Notes: a model not told the origin generated them from the letters alone. Positions 1 to 10,216 are shown, numbered from the stretch's first letter. The stretch: 41,516 bases of DNA from Barthelona sp. PAP020 (GCA_040182905.1 JARQWU010000012.1:1-41516); one strand, 5' to 3'. Numbers and translations: made by a program.

Positions 1-290
1 TTATTGTTCTCGATTAGAGTTTGGAGGTACTTGCAACTGAGTGGTTTTGCGTGGATGGTTCAGAACACTCTTAAAAAGAAGAGAAATGCTTCTGGTTTAG
101 ATGGGCTTGTATTTAAAGTAAAGTGTAACGCTTTCTTTTGTCCCTTGATGCACTTTAAATGTCTCCACTTATGTTCTCTTGGCAACACTTTGATATTCTT
201 TGTTGACCTGTTTTATTTAGTTGTATCTTTATCCTTCGAATTCTTAAGATTCCATGTTATTTCTTGGTTTTTCAATTTTGACACCCATTA
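1..290 (+). pseudogene. Decayed coding fragment of a multicopy family (related copy at the window's right end)
   Basis: 1-61 aligns with 41456-41516. Both read YCSRLEFG in one frame through synonymous codon differences. An in-frame TGA and frameshifts follow. Confidence 0.5.
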
Positions 291-520
291 ATATCAAAAA
301 TTGCAAGAAAAAACCTTAAACACATTTATATTCTCTTTTGTGTGAAATCAGTCCGCTTTGCTACGAACACTCCTACCAATAAATTTTGAGCTGTTCTTTG
401 GGGGTTTCTTTGAAGATTTCTTGTAACTTTACTGATGTGTTATGCATACTTGTGTGTTTTTTTTTTATTGCCGATCATTTAATTTTTTGAGGTGATTTAA
501 CTTTTAATTTTGACACCCAT
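274..520. repeat. 15-bp exact direct repeat AATTTTGACACCCAT at 274-288 and 506-520
   Basis: Identical 15-mers flank a 217-bp spacer. Confidence 0.8.
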
Positions 521-843
521 AGTAAAGTCTGGCCTTTCGACTATTGTTGATAATTTTTATTTTGATCAAGTTGATAATATTTCACTTAAAAACACTTAAC
601 TATATTAATTATTTAATAAATCTGTATTCTTTTAGTCATTCAATCTTTCAATTTCTTTTTTTCAAAAGCTTTTACATTTTTCATCTGACAACTTTTATTT
701 CTATTGATAAATGCGTTAAGAACAAATAATTAATTTTATTGGAATGGATCTTTTGAGTGCTACAGATAATTTGCAGAATTGGAAAAGGAAATTTTTTTTT
801 CCATTTAGATTATTTTGTTATTGAACGATTATATTATTTGAAA

Positions 844-1299
844 ATGTCATTTCAAGCTGACCGAACAATATATTTTTATCGTCAAGGAGACGAGTTTGGT
901 GAATTTTCCAATTTTTACCCAAGTCCGGTTATCATCGATGATTTACTTTGGCCTACTACAGAACATTACTTTCAAGCACAAAAGTTTGTTGGAACAGAAC
1001 ATGTGGAACTTGTTCGAAATGCAAAAACAGCAAGTATTGCTGCAAAAATGGGTAGAAGTCGCCAAAGACCTTTAAGGCATGATTGGGAAGAAGTTAAAGA
1101 TGATATTATGAGAAAAGCACTTCTTGCAAAGTTCACTCAATATGAATCTCTTAAGAATTTATTATTATCTACTGGTTCAAGATTCCTCGTTGAACATACT
1201 AAAAATGACAGATATTGGGCAGATGGAGGTGATGGATCAGGTCGTAATATGTTAGGTAAGTTATTAGTGGAGCTTCGTGAGAAATTGAGGGAAGAATGA
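844..1299 (+). CDS. ybiA: NADAR/YbiA-family N-glycosidase
   Basis: Motifs FSNFY, WPTTEHYFQAQKF, WEEVKDDIM..AL.AKF, LVEHT.NDRYW.DGGDGSG.NMLG.LL.ELRE. First ATG in the 757-1299 frame is at 844. Confidence 0.93.
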   Translation: MSFQADRTIYFYRQGDEFGEFSNFYPSPVIIDDLLWPTTEHYFQAQKFVGTEHVELVRNAKTASIAAKMGRSRQRPLRHDWEEVKDDIMRKALLAKFTQYESLKNLLLSTGSRFLVEHTKNDRYWADGGDGSGRNMLGKLLVELREKLREE

Positions 1300-1675
1300 G
1301 TGTATAATTTTGAAATTCAATATTGCAGATCTTTTTTTTTGAATTTGATTTATTTTTTGAAAAGTTCTTGTTCTTCTACTGCTTTTTTAAATTTTCCATG
1401 TAAATTGATTCGTGCTAATTTTGTTTTGAGGCAATTTTGAAAGGATAATTTGGGATCGAAAATAATATAAATGCTTCACTTGAACAGCTTTGTGTTTTTT
1501 GAAGTATCTAGAAAGCTTGAAACCAAATTTGGTTTACGCTTTGCTAGAAAAATAAATTTTTGTCAAGACTGTTTATAAGAACACGCAAATGCAGTTTTTT
1601 TTTAATTTTTTTTTTTTTTTTTTTGAAAACTATTGAAAGACAATGCATTTCAACATTTGCTTTAAACATTTGGGG

Positions 1676-3655
1676 TCAATTTGAGTTGTCAGAATTTGCA
1701 AATTTCGAAAAATCAATTAATAAATCCTCTTTCAAAACTGAATCTGCACATATTACATTCTCCCAAATTTCATCAACAATAATATCATCATCATTCAATC
1801 TACTCATCAACTGATAAAAACTGTACCACAAATCAGCAAGATATTCGAGATCACAATCCCAGTTAATTTTATCTCTGTATGTATCATTACCACCAATAAG
1901 GATGTCAGCCAAAATATGTCCAAAAGTCACTTGCTTCAACCCATTGAATTCCAACTCTTTGAAGCAATCCAGGAACAGGTTCATAGATTCACTATCAATG
2001 ACAAATAATATATATAACTTTGCCATACACGTTCCATAGAACACCAAAAAAGCATCATCTAACTGATTTAATAATACTTTCCACTCAAGAACGTTTAAAT
2101 TGTAGATACTTCTAACATTTTGTTTTGAGCAAGGAATATGGCTTAAAACCTTTATTAAAGTCCAGACGCCTCGCTTCTGATTTCCTAAATAGAATTGATC
2201 AATATTTTCAGCTGAATTGGGTTGTATATCGGTTAAAACATTACTGTATACCAAGTAAAATAGTTGAATAAGGTCAGCAAAAACTTTATCCTTGTGTTTA
2301 TGGTTAACTCTGTTATCCAGTTCAAAATATCGACCAAATACAGACAATTTTGTGATACTACTCGCATCTTGATCCTTTTCAATGTTTGGATAAGTCATCC
2401 CTAATTTTTGGAAGAAAAATGCGTTACATAAATATTTAACTTCATTCTTATTCATTGGTTTCAACAAGAAATCGTCTCTTGGTATACCTTTAGCATGTGT
2501 ACCGTTGGCTACTGAAATAAACTCCAAACTATTATAAAGGTTAATATCTTCATGCTCATTTTCAACTTTTGTTTTGCTGATATGTGGTAGCATTTTTGTA
2601 TTAATATGAGATTTGAAATTATTCTTATATAAATCAAGTAAATTTTGTCTTAATTCCTTATAATATTCAGTTAAAAGAAACTTTTGATCAATTCTTTCAA
2701 ACATAACACATTTATGATCTAAAGCTCCAATAAAATAGAGAAAAGACTCCTTTTTTTCTTTCTTTGCAGCTACCATTTCGTCATCAAGATTCTTTTTATT
2801 TGCTAAGTCAACATTCGAATTCAAATATTCACTAAAAGTCATGTAATTCCCTTTATAATATATATCACAATTCTTACTGTCCCCATGGATATCATTTTCA
2901 ATGATAACCTCCAACCCCTTTAATTGACTACAAAACAAATCATTTTTATATTTTGTTAAATCAATCTTTTCGGTAGTTTTTATTGCTCTATCAACATTTC
3001 TTATCAATAAATAATCGTTGATGTCAATTCCTGACCACTTTGATTTAACAAAATCAATTTCATTCACAAACGAGATATAACAACAATTCAATATTTCGTA
3101 GCAATTTCCATAAATAAACGGAATTCCCATCTCTTGTCCACACACAATAGCTTGTAAAGACGATTTGTTTTTGCAACAAATTATGTCAATATCATTCAAG
3201 TATAATTCCTTCAGCAAAATATATCGAAAAGTTGAAAATTGTTTTAATTGCTTGGCTGGAACATTCATATAAAAATCATTGTTGATTTGTATTCCTTGAT
3301 CACCAAATGAGTTTTTAATATTTGAACTAGTAATTTCATTCTCCTCTATTTGATTTTGATTGGATGGATAATCATGATATCGAGTAATAAATATGGGACT
3401 AATGTCATGTTTTTTCAAAGAATCTAAAAACTCATGTAAAGCTTCAATTATATCATTTGAAACAATACCTTCATAAAATAATTGTTTTGCCCATTCTTTT
3501 TTTGTATCTTTAGTATTGAAAAAATATCCATTTATCCAAAAAAACAAATCAATTATCATCCTTCGACTTTGTAATTTCGTTAAATCATGGTCTTTGCTTT
3601 CAAAATTTCTCTTAAATTGTTCCCGTAAGTCTTTTGCATCATCTTTTGCGTTCAT
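1676..3655 (-). CDS. Protein with a degenerate XPG/FEN-type PIN N-terminus, MKT1-like
   Basis: Long intact ORF; ATG 3655 follows a T-tract. IIDLFFWI, FLDSLKKHDISPIFI, LYLNDIDIICCKNKSSLQ and FIYGNCYEIL are spaced like XPG-N/XPG-I motifs but lack the acidic catalytic residues. Confidence 0.5.
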   Translation of the reverse strand: MNAKDDAKDLREQFKRNFESKDHDLTKLQSRRMIIDLFFWINGYFFNTKDTKKEWAKQLFYEGIVSNDIIEALHEFLDSLKKHDISPIFITRYHDYPSNQNQIEENEITSSNIKNSFGDQGIQINNDFYMNVPAKQLKQFSTFRYILLKELYLNDIDIICCKNKSSLQAIVCGQEMGIPFIYGNCYEILNCCYISFVNEIDFVKSKWSGIDINDYLLIRNVDRAIKTTEKIDLTKYKNDLFCSQLKGLEVIIENDIHGDSKNCDIYYKGNYMTFSEYLNSNVDLANKKNLDDEMVAAKKEKKESFLYFIGALDHKCVMFERIDQKFLLTEYYKELRQNLLDLYKNNFKSHINTKMLPHISKTKVENEHEDINLYNSLEFISVANGTHAKGIPRDDFLLKPMNKNEVKYLCNAFFFQKLGMTYPNIEKDQDASSITKLSVFGRYFELDNRVNHKHKDKVFADLIQLFYLVYSNVLTDIQPNSAENIDQFYLGNQKRGVWTLIKVLSHIPCSKQNVRSIYNLNVLEWKVLLNQLDDAFLVFYGTCMAKLYILFVIDSESMNLFLDCFKELEFNGLKQVTFGHILADILIGGNDTYRDKINWDCDLEYLADLWYSFYQLMSRLNDDDIIVDEIWENVICADSVLKEDLLIDFSKFANSDNSN

Positions 3656-3871
3656 TTGTTGAAAAAAAAGAACCACAAATAAACAATTTCTTTTGATTTT
3701 TTTAATCATTTTTTTTTCGATTGATCTTTTTATTTCATTAAGATTTTGAAATTCAAATATAAATTTTTCTTTGAATAAAAAAAAGGGTGAAAGATATTTA
3801 CATAAATTATTCAACTTACCATCTTAAACATGATCATTATAGTTTATTGAATTTTTATACTATTTTTATAA

Positions 3872-4504
3872 TTATAATCTGATGATTGCCTCAAAAAAAG
3901 CTTTTGTATTTTTTGCATTCCCTAAATCCTCATCTTTTTCATTTCTTTGTGTGGTAAACTCATATTTGCTTGCTAATTTGATCAATCTTTTCAAATTATT
4001 TTTCACGCTATATTGTTCAAGTAAAGAAATAACATCACTATTTAAATCATAAAGGTAATCCATAGGATCAACAATATTTTCTTTTTCTCCAGTTTCAACA
4101 GCTTCATTATTGCAACTAAATTGAATTTTGAACAATCTTCCATCTTTGTGTAATTTTGAAACCAGTTCATCCTGATGATTATGCATTAAAGTGGGATTTA
4201 CACCAGCAATTATCTTTTTGTTCATATCCAAGCATGTGCTTATTGTACCAGCGCCTCCTGCAGTGATAATAATATCACATTCATTGACATATTTTAAAAA
4301 ATCTTTTGTATATTGAAACACTTCAATTGTTAAGCTTCTATATTGTCTGGGAAATCTTTCGACATCAAAAAAACCATGACCAATTTGCAATATCATTTTG
4401 TCAAAACCATTTTCGATTAAACTGTCAAGAAATGTTTTTTCGACACAACATGCGATTAAAAGATCAAAATTAGTTGAACCAACAGTTATAAAACAACTAC
4501 TCAT
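3872..4504 (-). CDS. ALG13: UDP-GlcNAc transferase subunit ALG13 (GT28 C-terminal domain)
   Basis: FITVGSTNFD, LQIG, IITAGGAGT, VNPTLMHNHQ.EL motifs. Confidence 0.92.
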   Translation of the reverse strand: MSSCFITVGSTNFDLLIACCVEKTFLDSLIENGFDKMILQIGHGFFDVERFPRQYRSLTIEVFQYTKDFLKYVNECDIIITAGGAGTISTCLDMNKKIIAGVNPTLMHNHQDELVSKLHKDGRLFKIQFSCNNEAVETGEKENIVDPMDYLYDLNSDVISLLEQYSVKNNLKRLIKLASKYEFTTQRNEKDEDLGNAKNTKAFFEAIIRL

Positions 4505-4573
4505 TAAAAAAAAAAACAAAATCAAAAAAATATCAATATCTAATTTTTATAAGATCCTCAAGATGAAAACAAA

Positions 4574-5560
4574 TTAGTTCTTCTTAGCAAGTTTGGATAA
4601 ATAAGCAGCATATGGACTGATCTTCTTCATTTGTTCCTTGTTGACAAGAGGATTGCGGTTCTTGTGACTGAAAGTCTTCTTGGCTTGTTTTTCACGAATA
4701 ACATTTTGAATTTCTTCGGAAGTGATAATACGTTGGAAGTCAGAATTGGTAACGATGTTACGAGGAAGAGTGAAACCATTCTTGCTGTCAAAGACTTCAT
4801 CAAGTTTGTTGAAAGCAGATTCAGTCCAAATAACGAAACGACCAAGGTGTCCACCAGGAGCTAATTGAAGAAGATTCAAACGATCAACATGACAAGTATC
4901 AACCTTTAAGTTACGAAGAGAACGAACAATACCTTGATCTTCGTTGTAAACAACTAAAGGACCACGACGTTGCTTGAAACGACGACCACGCATCTTACCC
5001 TTACCAGCACGAACGTTCTTGGAAGTGGTAATCTTTTCGACATCAGCAAAAGCACCAACCTTAACAAGGAATTCCTTTGCTTCAGAAGTCTTTTGAATAG
5101 ATTCAAAAGTGTCTTCAACAACAAGGGGAATTTGAGGAATATTTTCAACCTTATGACCACGAGCCTTGACTAAAGAAAGTTGAGCAGAAGCGGCAACGGC
5201 AGAACAGACGGCATATCTCTTCATGTTAAGGTTGAGCTTAACATGCCAGTTTCTCCAAGTCTTGGTGGGAGCAAACATACGACCACCACGACACATGTTA
5301 CCAAAGGCACCTTGACCAGAACGACGAGTACCAGAGGCTTTAATACGTGGAATACGAGCACGAGCACGACCAGTTCCCCAAGATTCAGCAGATAAAATCA
5401 TACCAGCATGACGAGTAACGGCATAAGGTTGTCTGGAGTTCTTGGCCATGTTATATTGAACAAAGTGGACGACATCAGCACGAATAGGGCAATCAAACAC
5501 TTTGGGAAGTTGAACAGAGTTTTCGTTTCCTTGAACGGTAACTGTAGGGCGATTAGACAT
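4574..5560 (-). CDS. RPL4: 60S ribosomal protein L4 (uL4)
   Basis: [55 protein letters not shown]; strong codon bias. Confidence 0.98.
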   Translation of the reverse strand: MSNRPTVTVQGNENSVQLPKVFDCPIRADVVHFVQYNMAKNSRQPYAVTRHAGMILSAESWGTGRARARIPRIKASGTRRSGQGAFGNMCRGGRMFAPTKTWRNWHVKLNLNMKRYAVCSAVAASAQLSLVKARGHKVENIPQIPLVVEDTFESIQKTSEAKEFLVKVGAFADVEKITTSKNVRAGKGKMRGRRFKQRRGPLVVYNEDQGIVRSLRNLKVDTCHVDRLNLLQLAPGGHLGRFVIWTESAFNKLDEVFDSKNGFTLPRNIVTNSDFQRIITSEEIQNVIREKQAKKTFSHKNRNPLVNKEQMKKISPYAAYLSKLAKKN

Positions 5561-5668
5561 TGAAATAAATCAAGAAAAAAAGTTGAGATGATGAAAAAAA
5601 AATTCCAAACTTTTTCATTTTCCAAAAAAAAAATTTTTTTACCACCAATCTCTTCCGGATTTAAGAAA
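5561..5668. promoter_or_regulatory. Compact bidirectional promoter between RPL4 and eIF3b
   Basis: 108-bp head-to-head gap made of A/T tracts. It contains GATGA9TT (5590-5604), also seen upstream of RPL34. Confidence 0.6.
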
Positions 5669-7918
5669 ATGACAGAAAAATTTATTCCTTTAACCGAAGA
5701 ACAAATTCGTGAAAGAGCTTTTATTCAATTGGATGAAAAACCAATTTCCACAGAAATTCCTTTCAACAAATATTTGATATTATTTGGATTTCCAAGAGTT
5801 CCTAAAACTAAAGAAGAAGAATTTAAAAAATATGTTTTGGGTAGATATAATGCAGCATTTGTTTCTTTCAATGAAAAATTAAATGCAAAGAAAATCAAAT
5901 CAAAAACACCACCTTCTATTACTGTTGATGATATTGAGTTACTTTTTGATGAAGAAGATAAAACTTCAACGGGTGTTGTGTTTATTTGTTTTGAAAAGAG
6001 CGAAGATGTTAATTTAGCAAAACAAGTCATGCATAATTATCCATATTCAAAAAAGAACGATAAAGTTATGACGTTAAAAGCCATTACCTTTACTGAATAC
6101 AATGAAGTTTTGGGTACTCCTGAAGAATTCGTGGCTCCTGAATTTGGTGAATATTCAGATCCACCTGAACTTTTTTCTTGGACTCAAGATGAACGTGTTA
6201 GATCACAATTTTTGGTTAGATGTGATGATGAACCTGGTAGCACCATTGCAAAATTATGTTGGATAGATAGGATTGGTGAAGCCGATAGCGTTCAATTACC
6301 CACTGAAGTTTCAAAGAAATGGTTAGATAATCAGGGTCGCAGAGAAGATGATTATTTGTTTAGTCCCAATGGCGCTCATTTGGCCGTTATTTTCCCCGAT
6401 AAAGTTGTTATTTGCGGTGGTGCTGATATGAAAGTTTGTAATGAATTTGTCCATGAAGGTGTTAAAGGCGTTAAGTTTTCACCTCAATCAAATTTCTTAA
6501 TTACTGCTGGAATTGTTGAAATTGATGGAGAAAGGAAATCCCAAATTAAAGTTTGGAGAATAGTTACTGGTGAATTAATGAGAACTGTTGAATTTGAATA
6601 TGTGCGTGTTCATCCTTTCCAACTATTTCAATTTTCTCATGATGATCATTGGTTATTCAGATCCTTCACATCCGGAAAACTAAAATGGTATGACCTTGCC
6701 AATGATTGTATGCCTTGTGGTAAATCTGAATTTTTAAGTGGCAATCTTGTTAAGTATTCTGTTTCACCTGTTTCCAATATTATTGCTATTTATGGATCAG
6801 CAGCTGATAAAGAATCTGGGTCAATTACTTTGGTTAACTTCCCTCAAAAAAGTGTTTTAAGAGAAAAATCATTGTTTCATGTTACCAATTGTGAGATGAG
6901 TTGGCATCCCGAAGGCAAGTATTTAGCTGTTCAATGTTGGAAAGTTAAGAAATCTAAGAAGGCTAGTGCTAATCAAACTGTTTTTGAGTTATTCAGATTG
7001 AATCATAGAAACGTTCCTGTTGAATCAATGGTTTTACAAGACCCTATTCAAATGTTTGCATGGGAACCCAAAGGTGATCGTTTTGTTTTTGCTTATGGTG
7101 AAGATAAGACTAAATTTTCTTTCTACAGCATGAATGAAGAAGATAAAACCAAACCTTCTGCTACTTTTATTTCTAGTTTACTGTATGAACATCATGGTGA
7201 TACTCATATGAGTTTCTCTCCCATAGGAAAATTCTTTATTTTGGTTAGTAATGATGATGTTTCTTTTTATGGTTTTGATCTCAGGAATGATTACCCTCAA
7301 ATTCCATTATTATTAGCAAAAAGATCTCATACTGCTTTGAAGGCGGCACAATGGTCACCTTGTGGAAGATTTGTTTCCACTTTTTCTCTCACAAATAAAG
7401 ATTATAAAATTTGGACCATATTTGGGGAAGAAATTGTTTCCAATTCATTACCTATTTTAGATCGTTTTATTTGGAGAAACATTCCTCAATTGTTATTAAC
7501 AGAGGAAGAAAAGAAAGAGATAATGAACAATTTCAAAGAATCAAGCAAAAAATTAGCAGAAAGTGATAGTTTTATCAAAATGCAACAATTAGAAGAAGGT
7601 AAAAGACTTACTGAATTAGCTAAAAAGAATTGGTTCCAATGGTGTTCAAAGTGGAAAAAACTTTACAAAGAAGAAAAAACTGAAAGATTGCAAAAATGGG
7701 GAATAGACGTTTCTGATATTTCAGAAAACGATTTAAAGAATATCCATGAACCAAATGATTATGATTGGAAGAAAGTTGATGTAGACACTAACATACTAAT
7801 TGACACAATTGTTGAGAACATTGAACCAGATGAAGAAGCGAATGATGATGATGATGATGATGAAAACGATGATAAGGAAGCAGAAGTAGAACAAACCGAG
7901 GCAGAAGAAGAAAATTGA
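5669..7918 (+). CDS. EIF3B: Translation initiation factor 3 subunit B (RRM plus WD40 propeller)
   Basis: N-terminal RRM (YLILFGFP.V, STGVVFICF), WTQDE..R.QF, FSP.G, FAWEPKG.RF, WSPCGRFV motifs and a charged C-terminal helix. Confidence 0.9.
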   Translation: MTEKFIPLTEEQIRERAFIQLDEKPISTEIPFNKYLILFGFPRVPKTKEEEFKKYVLGRYNAAFVSFNEKLNAKKIKSKTPPSITVDDIELLFDEEDKTSTGVVFICFEKSEDVNLAKQVMHNYPYSKKNDKVMTLKAITFTEYNEVLGTPEEFVAPEFGEYSDPPELFSWTQDERVRSQFLVRCDDEPGSTIAKLCWIDRIGEADSVQLPTEVSKKWLDNQGRREDDYLFSPNGAHLAVIFPDKVVICGGADMKVCNEFVHEGVKGVKFSPQSNFLITAGIVEIDGERKSQIKVWRIVTGELMRTVEFEYVRVHPFQLFQFSHDDHWLFRSFTSGKLKWYDLANDCMPCGKSEFLSGNLVKYSVSPVSNIIAIYGSAADKESGSITLVNFPQKSVLREKSLFHVTNCEMSWHPEGKYLAVQCWKVKKSKKASANQTVFELFRLNHRNVPVESMVLQDPIQMFAWEPKGDRFVFAYGEDKTKFSFYSMNEEDKTKPSATFISSLLYEHHGDTHMSFSPIGKFFILVSNDDVSFYGFDLRNDYPQIPLLLAKRSHTALKAAQWSPCGRFVSTFSLTNKDYKIWTIFGEEIVSNSLPILDRFIWRNIPQLLLTEEEKKEIMNNFKESSKKLAESDSFIKMQQLEEGKRLTELAKKNWFQWCSKWKKLYKEEKTERLQKWGIDVSDISENDLKNIHEPNDYDWKKVDVDTNILIDTIVENIEPDEEANDDDDDDENDDKEAEVEQTEAEEEN

Positions 7919-8096
7919 GATTGAACAAGTTGGTAAAACCTTACAAATAATCATTGAGAATTTTATTTTAATATTTGGTTGGTGATCAAATTCGGGATTA
8001 TAAATATCTTTAATTTTTTTTTTTATTAAATAAAAAAATAACATAATAACAACATGAATTTATCATCTCTATACCGTTAATTCAAATAAAGTGTGT

Positions 8097-8487
8097 TTAA
8101 TGGGAGGTCTTTTGAGCGGCTTTAAGTTCACCGGCAATGAAAGCACGTAAAACACGTTCTCTAACGCAAGCGTGACAGAGATTTCCACCATATGCACGAG
8201 TAACAGTTCTTTTGGAACGTTTAATGCGTTGCATAGCAACAGGTCTGGCACGACTAATTCCAGATAAGTTACGGTTACAATGACCACAAACTTTAGGAGA
8301 GGCCTTCTTTTCGATATGTTGAACAACAAAACGTCCACCAGGAGTCTTGACACTAGATAATTAGCATATGAATAAAAAAACAAAGAAAAATATGGATAGG
8401 GATCAAAGGATCATCAAATTAATACATTCTAGTTTTGTTGGAAGGTGTGTTATAAGCGGTACGACGACGGTATGTAACGCGAGCCAT
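8097..8487 (-). CDS. RPL34: 60S ribosomal protein L34 (eL34), exons 8487-8426 and 8352-8097, 105 aa
   Basis: Spliced product MARVTYRRRTAYNTPSNKTRI/VKTPGGRF...CGHC...RAYGGNLCHACVRERVLRAF; absent from the ORF track. Confidence 0.96.
8353..8425 (-). other. 73-nt spliceosomal intron in RPL34
   Basis: GTATTA...GCTAATTATCTAG; removal restores the conserved NKTRIVKTPGG. Confidence 0.93.
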
Positions 8488-9137
8488 GCTGAATTATAAT
8501 AAAGCGATGAAAAAAAATTGTAAAAATTTTCAACTTTTCTTTTTCAATTTTTTTGGTTTTTGTATATTTTCAAATCAGAAAAAGATATTTCATTTTATAA
8601 GTGTACAACTGTTCAGGTTAGTGATTTTTTAAGAGAATTAAATCGTTTTGTTAATCTTAATTTTCTTGTTAAACTTTCATGCAATTTGAATATTGTTATC
8701 CATTTTTAATTAAAATTATCACGAATAAATGTTTTGTTGAGTGAGAATTAGAGTTTATTTCATCAACTCTATCATTATTCATTATTTTTGTGTTCATTTT
8801 TCCTGTACAGTACATATTGTGTATGCTTTATTCATCAATGTTAAATTTTGAAAAGCTTATTTGGTAAATATTGTTGATAGACGAAATAACGTGGAGTTCT
8901 TTTCAGTGTTTTTTCTTATTTTTGAAAATTTGTGTTTTACATGCTATCAACATTTATTCAAGATCAATTTTGTCTCCAGTTTTATCTTATTTTGGTTGTG
9001 TTCCGATTAAATAAAGAAGCTGTTGTTCTTGACTGAAATTAATTTTTTCGTAAAAACTGACCACCACGTATGTTATTTAAAGATATTTGTGCAAAGGATA
9101 AAAAGAGGTTGAAAGATCCATTTTTTTTTTTAATAAA

Positions 9138-10187
9138 ATGTTTTCTTCTTTCAAAAAAACATTTAATTCTGTTATGGAAGAGGATGAGTCGAAAAATTCA
9201 CAAACAAAACAAATCAAAACTGAAGAAGATTTACAAAACGAATTTCAAAAGATACTAAATGAAGAACACGAACGATTTATTGAATTGAAAGATAATTTTG
9301 TTAGTATAAAGAAAGAAAATGTGCAGTTACAACAACAAAATGAAAAGCTAAATGAACAAATAAAAAAAAAAACAGTGCAAGAGATTGATTTGAAAGCAAT
9401 TGATGATGTTAAAACTGAAAACCAGACATTAAAAGAAGAATTAAATCAATGGAAAGAATTATATATCACTGAAAAACAGAAAAACGCATTATTAGAAATT
9501 GATCTGAGCAATGCAACAACCCTATTGATTGGTACATCTGTGATTGAAGATAAAGAAGTTAATGATTCTTTCATGAATGATGAGATAATTCAAGAGTTAA
9601 AAGATGAAGTACAGCATTTATCCTCTAAATTGAATGATTTCAAGGAAATTGAAAAAAGTAACATTGACTTATTGAATTGTTTGAAAGAAAAAGAAAATGA
9701 AATGGATTCATTAGTCAATTCCTTTAGTGCAAAGAATGAAGAAATCGCTTTTTTACATCAACAAATTCTACAGGCAAAACAGAACAACAACACTGATTTT
9801 TTTGATAAAACCATCAAAAATCTTCAAAACCAAATATCAGACCTTCAAAATGAAAATTTATGCTTGAAAGATAAATATATAGTCATAAATGGAGAATTGG
9901 AAAAATGCTATGATGATCTCCGACAGTTGAGATCTGATTTCAGACAACAAATGTTAACAACAAATGGTAGTGTTACTGAAACCAGTAATTCATCCCATAA
10001 GGATAAAAATATTGAAAATCAAACAAAAGAAAAACTCAATTCGAATTCTTTTGGTGTTGATGACACTAATCGACAATTATTGCTTAATAATAGTACTTTA
10101 GCTGCTTTACAAGAAACTATAAAAACATACCAACACACAATACAGATTCAGGAAGCTGAAATTAATGCTCTTAGGCGAAGATTGTAA
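9138..10187 (+). CDS. Coiled-coil protein of unknown function
   Basis: 349-aa ORF rich in E/K/Q/L heptads; T-tract before the ATG. Confidence 0.8.
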   Translation: MFSSFKKTFNSVMEEDESKNSQTKQIKTEEDLQNEFQKILNEEHERFIELKDNFVSIKKENVQLQQQNEKLNEQIKKKTVQEIDLKAIDDVKTENQTLKEELNQWKELYITEKQKNALLEIDLSNATTLLIGTSVIEDKEVNDSFMNDEIIQELKDEVQHLSSKLNDFKEIEKSNIDLLNCLKEKENEMDSLVNSFSAKNEEIAFLHQQILQAKQNNNTDFFDKTIKNLQNQISDLQNENLCLKDKYIVINGELEKCYDDLRQLRSDFRQQMLTTNGSVTETSNSSHKDKNIENQTKEKLNSNSFGVDDTNRQLLLNNSTLAALQETIKTYQHTIQIQEAEINALRRRL

Positions 10188-10216
10188 ATAATTATTTTTT
10201 TTTGTTTTTGTTTTCA

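Noticed and set aside
8395..8420. C/D snoRNA in the RPL34 intron (TGATGA present)
   Set aside because: No CTGA D box or terminal stem.
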